From NCBI GenBank assembly GCA_001783525.1, contig MFMS01000004.1, forward strand, positions 28,741-92,740: DNA of 64,000 nt. Reading direction: 5' to 3'. Shown here piece after piece: positions 58,381 to 64,000 of this stretch. Origin of the DNA: Candidatus Kaiserbacteria bacterium RIFOXYB1_FULL_46_14. Its GTDB lineage: Bacteria > Patescibacteriota > Minisyncoccia > Phycocordibacterales > UBA918. The translations under genes and the position numbers were made by a program. The notes below the pieces were generated by a model. The model ran no database searches. It had not been told where the DNA came from and was given only the letters and a program-made list of their open reading frames with translations. Positions within the stretch are counted from its first letter, which is position 1. Every line of letters starts with the position of its first letter.

Positions 58381-60043
58381 GGCGAGTAAGGGCCTGCGCG
58401 GCATTCATTGAGTGTTGGTAGTAAAGGGCTTTCACACCCTTCTTCCAAGCTGTAAGGTATAGTTGGTTTATATCTTTAGGTGAGACTCCTGGCGGCACCA
58501 TGATGTTGAGAGACTGACCTTGATCAATATAGCGTTGACGCACGGCTGCCTGCTCGATAATGACAGCCTGATCCATCTCTGGGAAAGTTCGAAAAACCTT
58601 TTTCTCGTCATCATTTAGAAAATCGAGGTGTTGAACTGACCCGTCATGGTCACGAATCGAACTCCATATCTCCTTGGTATTCTTGTCCTTTTCTACCAAA
58701 ACCTCTTCAAGGAAAGGATTTTTGATAGTCACCTTGAGCTTAGCCACATCCTTCACATAAGCGTTACTCCAGACTGGCTCGATCGATTGCGATACCTGTC
58801 CCAAAATAAAGGCCGAGGAAGTAGTGGGAGCGATTGCAAAGATGGTTGTATTGCGTCGGCCGTAGCCCTTCAATACTTCTGGCTCACCAAATTCTTTGGC
58901 AAGCTCCTTTGAAGCGGCTTCGCCTTTTTCTTTTAGACCTTTCCAAATATCCTCGTTCATCTTGCTTGCTTCGTCACTCTCAAGCGCAATTCGTTTAGAC
59001 TGCAAGTAGGAATGCCAGCCGAGTACACCCAAGCCGAGCGCCCGGTGATTCTTGGCAAAGTTATAGGTACGCTCCATAAACTGGAAAGCTTGATTGTCGG
59101 AATGCTTGTCGGAATCACGCAAGGTCTCTAGACGGGTGCAGAAATCACTAATCACCGCATCAAGTAAAGAAACCATTGTCTCAACCAGATCAGTGTCCTT
59201 CCATTCTTCATAATGAAGCAGGTTGATTGAGGACAAACAACAGACAAAGGAGTTCTGTTCGTCCGAAGGGAGCATAATTTCCGAGCAAAGATTGGACGCA
59301 ACGATCTTCATATCCTTATCTTTGTACACGTCTGGTTTGTTGTTGTTAGCATTGTCCGTAAAGAGAATATACGGGTAACCGATCTCACCGCGGCGCTGGA
59401 TAACCTTAGCCCAGATTTTTCGCTTCTCCTCATCCCCGTCAACCATCGATTTCATCCATTCGTCCCCTACCGTAACGGCGTGCGTCATGTTTTGTATCGG
59501 GTTGCCCTCAGTGCCGATGTCGAGAAACTCCATTACGTCCGGATGTTCGAGTGGTAGATATGGTGAGAAGGAGCCGCGGCGTACCTTGCCCTGCGAAACC
59601 ACATGAATCAATGTCTCAAACATCTGCATGAAGTGCACTGGGCCGTTTGAGGAACCGTTATTTTTGATTTCCGCGCCACGGGCCCGAAGTGCGCCGAAGT
59701 AGCCGGAAGTACCACCGCCATACTTAGACATCATTCCATTCTCGGCGTGGGTGTACATTATGCTCGACATATCATCGGCAATGTACGAGCCAAAACAACT
59801 GATCGGAAAACCGCGACCGAGTCCAAAGTTCGCCCAGACTGGAGTTGAGAAAGATATCCAACCGCGAGAGACGTATTCATAAAGCTTGTCGGCATAACCA
59901 GGCCGTTTCAAAATACTTTCTGCAGTTTCTGCAATCTGCCGCACGCGATCCTCTGGTGTCTGTCCTTCGAGGGTATAACCGCGCGACATAAACTGCCGCG
60001 AACTTTCGTTAAGCCAGTACCAAGGTTGCTTCCTGTCGATCAT
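58364..60043 (-). CDS. nrdA: Class I ribonucleotide reductase alpha subunit, without an ATP-cone and without the C-terminal Cys pair
   Basis: SNLCSEI (Asn, Cys and Glu active site), PISCFGS, C-terminal ALYYQHS, and a 559-aa length. Confidence 0.8.
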   Translation of the reverse strand: MIDRKQPWYWLNESSRQFMSRGYTLEGQTPEDRVRQIAETAESILKRPGYADKLYEYVSRGWISFSTPVWANFGLGRGFPISCFGSYIADDMSSIMYTHAENGMMSKYGGGTSGYFGALRARGAEIKNNGSSNGPVHFMQMFETLIHVVSQGKVRRGSFSPYLPLEHPDVMEFLDIGTEGNPIQNMTHAVTVGDEWMKSMVDGDEEKRKIWAKVIQRRGEIGYPYILFTDNANNNKPDVYKDKDMKIVASNLCSEIMLPSDEQNSFVCCLSSINLLHYEEWKDTDLVETMVSLLDAVISDFCTRLETLRDSDKHSDNQAFQFMERTYNFAKNHRALGLGVLGWHSYLQSKRIALESDEASKMNEDIWKGLKEKGEAASKELAKEFGEPEVLKGYGRRNTTIFAIAPTTSSAFILGQVSQSIEPVWSNAYVKDVAKLKVTIKNPFLEEVLVEKDKNTKEIWSSIRDHDGSVQHLDFLNDDEKKVFRTFPEMDQAVIIEQAAVRQRYIDQGQSLNIMVPPGVSPKDINQLYLTAWKKGVKALYYQHSMNAAQALTRQKLTR

Positions 60044-60080
60044 AGAATGGATGAATAGGGATTAGTAAAGGATGTAAATT

Positions 60081-61400
60081 TTAGAACAAGTCGTCCGATG
60101 TAACCGAGCTTTGTCGTTTACTGTAATTGATTGATCGTTTATCGAAGAAATCAACGTGTTTGGTGGCAATTACTTCATCGTTAAACCACTCGGTCTTATC
60201 AAGCAAAGCTTCATCAACTGAGAAGACGGCAGACATTCCGATCGAGCGGAGCGAATTATTGAGACGATGCTTAACAAACTCTTTCACCTGATCTTTCGGC
60301 AAGAAATCTAACTCGCCGGTTTCGAAGATCCAATCAATAATGGCGCTCTCGGCCTGATAGGCCTCAACACACATCATTCGAACTGTCTCGCGATGAGACT
60401 CATCAAACCATTCCGGATGTTCAACACGAATGATGTTGATGAGATCAATGCCAAACATGCCGTGAATCTGCTCTTCTTTGGAGGTGGCCTCTACGGCATT
60501 CGAAATGCCTTTGAAAAGATTCTTGTACTTGTTAAACGACATCATTATGAGGAACTGTGAGAACAAGGACACGTGTTCAATAAAGAGAGAGAACAGCAGG
60601 ACGGCTTGCGAGTACTCCCGCATTTCGCCAGTTTTAGAAAAAGTAATTACCTTTTCTAGATACTCCACACGCTTCTTGATAACTGGTATATCTGTTAGTT
60701 TCTTGAACTCATCATTGAGACCAAGGATGTCCAAAAGATGCGCATAAGCATCCATGTGACGCACTTCAGACTCGGCAAAAGTGAAGCCCACTGCTCCGAT
60801 CTCTGGCTTTGGAATACGTCCATAGATATTGCCCCAGAAGCTCTTCACTGCCACTTCGATCTGAGCAATGGCCAACATCGTTTTTTTGATTGCGTCGCGT
60901 TCATGATCTGCAACACGAGTCTTGAAGTCATCAATATCGCGAGTGAAGTTGAATTCGGTATGAAGCCAGTAAGAATGACGGATGGCGGTCACGTATTCGA
61001 TAAGTTCTGGGTACTCATAAGGCTTCAAGTTGGTGCGCTTTTGGAAAAGATCACGCTGACGAAGTCGCTTACGATCAGCACGGTAGATGATATAGGCCTT
61101 AGCTGTCTCAAAGAAACCTAGTTCCATCACCGCCGCTTCTACTAAGTCTTGTATTTCCTCGACTGTCGGATAACCATCGACACATTTGCCATAGTGATGG
61201 TCGCCAGGTTCAGCAGACATAGCTGCGACACACATCGCCAATATTTTTTCGTTGACCAAAGTAGCAACTTTCGCGGCCTCAGCGGCAGAACCTTCACCGG
61301 TTTCACCAAAGGCCTTGAGTACTGCCGCCTCAATCTTCGCTACCTTGAAATCAACGACCGAACCGTCTCTTTTTCGAATCTGTGTGATCTCCATAAACAC
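60081..61400 (-). CDS. nrdB: RNR beta subunit (R2, di-iron) fused to an N-terminal ATP-cone
   Basis: N-terminal IRKRDGSVVDFKVAKIEAAVLKA (ATP-cone); ferritin-like ESEVRHMDAY, EEQIHGMFG and Tyr at His+4; and an R1-binding tail SDDLF. Confidence 0.8.
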   Translation of the reverse strand: MFMEITQIRKRDGSVVDFKVAKIEAAVLKAFGETGEGSAAEAAKVATLVNEKILAMCVAAMSAEPGDHHYGKCVDGYPTVEEIQDLVEAAVMELGFFETAKAYIIYRADRKRLRQRDLFQKRTNLKPYEYPELIEYVTAIRHSYWLHTEFNFTRDIDDFKTRVADHERDAIKKTMLAIAQIEVAVKSFWGNIYGRIPKPEIGAVGFTFAESEVRHMDAYAHLLDILGLNDEFKKLTDIPVIKKRVEYLEKVITFSKTGEMREYSQAVLLFSLFIEHVSLFSQFLIMMSFNKYKNLFKGISNAVEATSKEEQIHGMFGIDLINIIRVEHPEWFDESHRETVRMMCVEAYQAESAIIDWIFETGELDFLPKDQVKEFVKHRLNNSLRSIGMSAVFSVDEALLDKTEWFNDEVIATKHVDFFDKRSINYSKRQSSVTSDDLF

Positions 61401-61777
61401 AAATTATACTTTGCTGATAAAGAAAACCGCTTAGGAGCGGGCACAAAAAACGATCTCACGCAAAATTGATCGTCGAATCTGCAATCAGTTCTGCAAAAGA
61501 TCAGAAAGGCCTGTGAAACAAGCCTCAATTAAACCTCCAGCGCGATGCTCTCCTCACCTACTACACCAATTATGCCGTTACTTAGGTTTTGCCGTTGTTG
61601 TGGGCATAAAGATCTGATATTTGGTGAAGATAACTAGTATCTTTCCATCAATCCCTATGCGCAAAACCACAGCATAATTGGTATGGGGGCTTGCCGTCGC
61701 GTAAGTACATAATACCACTCTGGAAAAAACACGAATTATGACGCCAACAGTGCCAATATTTAAAAAGTGAGACAAAC

Positions 61778-61812
61778 AAAGGGCGGTTTGGCCTTTGGCC
61801 AAACCGCCCATT
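61778..61812. terminator. Palindromic terminator with a GGCCTTTGGCC core
   Basis: Stem aaagggcggtttggcc, loop ttt, stem ggccaaaccgccc. Confidence 0.6.
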
Positions 61813-61937
61813 ATTAGTTATCCACAACCTCCAAATTCGTAATCACTTTCCTGACCAGCGCAACACCAAGGTTTCGTATTTTGACATTAAAACCCGTGCC
61901 CAAAAGCAGGCACGGGTTATTTTACAGTCTTGGCCAA

Positions 61938-62588
61938 TTAACTTTTCGGACTGCTTAGAGGTTTTCTGCCCATCTGTACAGGCGCAGATTTCACGACTGG
62001 CCACTGGGGCACTTCTTCGCCGACCAGGCCCATATATTCGCAAGCCTGATACAGGTGCCAATAGTCCACCCCTTTGGCATAGAATTTGCCTATCTCGTCA
62101 GGAGAAGGGACTGACACTATTCCATCGCTTTGAAAAGCCTGTATCGAGTATTGGATTTCTGCACCTTTCCTTGCCAGGCACTTATTCGTCTGATAAAGAA
62201 TTGTGTGCAAAGACGCACTAGACTGAGTGATACACAACTCCTTCACCAGAAGGTCATGATGCTGCTGGAATTCGTTCCAAACCAACCGTTCTCTGTCATT
62301 CATTGTCATATAAAGTGCAATGGTTATGGCGAGAAGGGCAGATGGAACAAGGACCTGCAGTATCTTCAACGGGGTACCGATAAGATACCCAGTTGATGCC
62401 AGTAATAATGCTGACACGATTAGGCTGACTCCTGGGATATAAACAACAATCATCAGTGTCCAGCGCCAATATTGAACCTTCCGACCAATTTCGAAAGGTG
62501 ATTCCTTGGACGATCGTTTGCATTGCCAAGATTCGCCTAAAGCCTGTACCCGTATCATTGAACTCCTCCTTGTTCTATCGCCCACCAC
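61938..62588 (-). CDS. Hypothetical membrane protein
   Basis: Three or four TM segments; the start is uncertain. Confidence 0.4.
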   Translation of the reverse strand: MVGDRTRRSSMIRVQALGESWQCKRSSKESPFEIGRKVQYWRWTLMIVVYIPGVSLIVSALLLASTGYLIGTPLKILQVLVPSALLAITIALYMTMNDRERLVWNEFQQHHDLLVKELCITQSSASLHTILYQTNKCLARKGAEIQYSIQAFQSDGIVSVPSPDEIGKFYAKGVDYWHLYQACEYMGLVGEEVPQWPVVKSAPVQMGRKPLSSPKS

Positions 62589-62663
62589 GGGCGAACCTGG
62601 GGAAACAATACACCTCCATTCTTGAGCGTCAAGAAAAATTACAAAACCACCAACGACCTAGTC

Positions 62664-63074
62664 TTAACCTTTTCCGGTAAGCGAATCACGTATTTCGCGA
62701 AGCAACTGCACCTCTTCGGTTGGTTCCACTACCTTCTCTGCCTCTGGCTTTTCTTCCTCAGTTTTTTGTAAACGACGCAAGACCTTGATCGCCATAAAAA
62801 TAGAGAAAGCGATGATGACGAAGTCGATGACCGACTGTAAAAATACTCCGTAGGCTATAGTGACGTCTCCGATCTTGGCTGACCAATCACGAAAATCGAT
62901 ACCGCCGAGGAGAACGCCTATGGTAGGCATAATTATATTCTCCACTAGAGACGATACGATCTTGTTGAAAGCGGCGCCAATAATCACGGCCACCGCTAAG
63001 TCGATGACATTGCCTTTAAGCGCGAAGGCCTTGAATTCTTGTAATAAACCTTTGGCTCTTTTTTGGTAACTCAT
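62664..63074 (-). CDS. mscL: Large-conductance mechanosensitive channel
   Basis: [16 protein letters not shown], two TM segments, and a charged C-terminal helix. Confidence 0.85.
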   Translation of the reverse strand: MSYQKRAKGLLQEFKAFALKGNVIDLAVAVIIGAAFNKIVSSLVENIIMPTIGVLLGGIDFRDWSAKIGDVTIAYGVFLQSVIDFVIIAFSIFMAIKVLRRLQKTEEEKPEAEKVVEPTEEVQLLREIRDSLTGKG

Positions 63075-63091
63075 ATTATTTGATTAGATTT

Positions 63092-63973
63092 TCAATGGTG
63101 ATGGTGATGGTGTCCTTCGTTGTCCGTCTCCAGCACTACCCTGCTCCCAAACCACCAAGCAGCGATAGCGGTTGTGATCGGCACCGCAAGAATCAAGCCG
63201 ATCGAACCGATCAAAATGCGCGTTAACTCCGCCGCAATCACCTCTTGATTTAAGGTGAAATAGAGTGGGGCATTACTGGTACTGAACAAGAGAACCAGTG
63301 GCAGTGCGGCACCGACGTAAGCAAGGGCCAGTGTGTTCACCAAACTACCCACATGATCACGACCAACCCGAAGCGCCCGTTGATATAGTTCAAAAGAACC
63401 TAGACTATTGTTGGCGGCGCGCAATTCACGCACCACAGATGCCTGAGTGATCGATATGTCGTCCAAGACGCCAAGCACACCAATGATAATACTGCCGAGC
63501 AAAAGCCCTGACAGATCAAGTTGGCCGTCGGTAGCAAAATTAAGATAAACCGAAGCATCACTACCATAGCCAGATAGACGTAATCCAGAAACAAAGAGCC
63601 AAGCCAATGCACTAGTAGCAAGCACTGCCAATACCGTACCACCAAAAGCTATCGACGACAGCGCATTAAAACCATGCGTGCCAAAGAGAGCTAGTGCCAA
63701 GATAACTGCTGAAATCAGCAGACTCATCAGTATTGGATCATAGCCGGCCAAAAGAGCCGGCAGGAGAATAAATACGATCCCGATAATACTAAGAAGAAGT
63801 GAACCGAGCGCCCGCAGACCCTGTTTCCCCGCAAACCACAAAAGTAACGCGACAAATAATCCAAACAGGAATAAAAGGCCACTACCACGATCGACATCCT
63901 TGAGGATAAAAATTTCGCGACCGTTGATGTCACGCAAATGACTGAGATATATTCGATCACCATTTTTGAGCAT
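63092..63973 (-). CDS. YibE/F-family membrane protein ending in a genomically encoded HHHHHH
   Basis: A polytopic membrane protein whose sequence ends ..NEGHHHHHH*, encoded as CAC CAT x3. The N-terminus may extend beyond the window. Confidence 0.6.
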   Translation of the reverse strand: MLKNGDRIYLSHLRDINGREIFILKDVDRGSGLLFLFGLFVALLLWFAGKQGLRALGSLLLSIIGIVFILLPALLAGYDPILMSLLISAVILALALFGTHGFNALSSIAFGGTVLAVLATSALAWLFVSGLRLSGYGSDASVYLNFATDGQLDLSGLLLGSIIIGVLGVLDDISITQASVVRELRAANNSLGSFELYQRALRVGRDHVGSLVNTLALAYVGAALPLVLLFSTSNAPLYFTLNQEVIAAELTRILIGSIGLILAVPITTAIAAWWFGSRVVLETDNEGHHHHHH

Positions 63974-64000
63974 TATCAGATCATTCTCAAAAGTGACAAC

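Overview
This 64 kb window reads as a chromosomal segment from a small-genome, likely monoderm bacterium. The gene content is consistent with a Patescibacteria/CPR (Saccharibacteria-like) lineage, though the sequence alone cannot prove that. Supporting signs are a complete type IV pilus cluster with no secretin, a ribosomal-protein cluster with no L30, dense short operons, and many nucleotide-salvage genes.

Main content, from start to end:
- A partial secreted repeat protein, a DEAD-box helicase, and a secreted thermonuclease (SNase plus Excalibur domain) next to a DsbB-like disulfide oxidoreductase.
- ftsX, ftsE and prfB, then a tRNA-rich region (Thr x2, Asp, Met, fMet) with tandem repeats and partial duplicates of tRNA 3' ends, followed by gatA, gatC and ligA.
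- A type IV pilus locus: four minor pilins, pilD, pilA, pilC, pilT, pilB, a PilP-like gene, pilO, pilN and pilM, with comF next to it.
- gdh, a SWIB-domain protein, small hypothetical genes, two tRNA-Ser genes, malic enzyme, recG, an FNR-like reductase, tRNA-Ile(UAU), ftsH, and smpB with tmRNA.
- A small block of genes downstream of tmRNA (a 5'(3')-nucleotidase and a SET-domain protein), then infC-rpmI-rplT, an RNase J-like gene, ndk, map, adk, cmk, and secY-rplO-rpsE-rplR-rplF-rpsH-rpsZ.
- A SIMPL-domain protein, a membrane metzincin, a rhodanese, small redox enzymes, a DUF1003 protein with acidic heptad repeats, an EEP-family nuclease, a class I ribonucleotide reductase whose ATP-cone sits on the beta subunit, mscL and a YibE/F protein.

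No CRISPR array, cas genes, integrase or transposase were seen. The most unusual signals are a three-copy MITE-like inverted-repeat element family, decayed tRNA 3'-end duplicates, the ATP-cone-NrdB fusion paired with a cone-less NrdA that lacks its C-terminal cysteine pair, an apparent internal deletion and frameshift in rpsE, and eukaryote-like SET and SWIB domain proteins.
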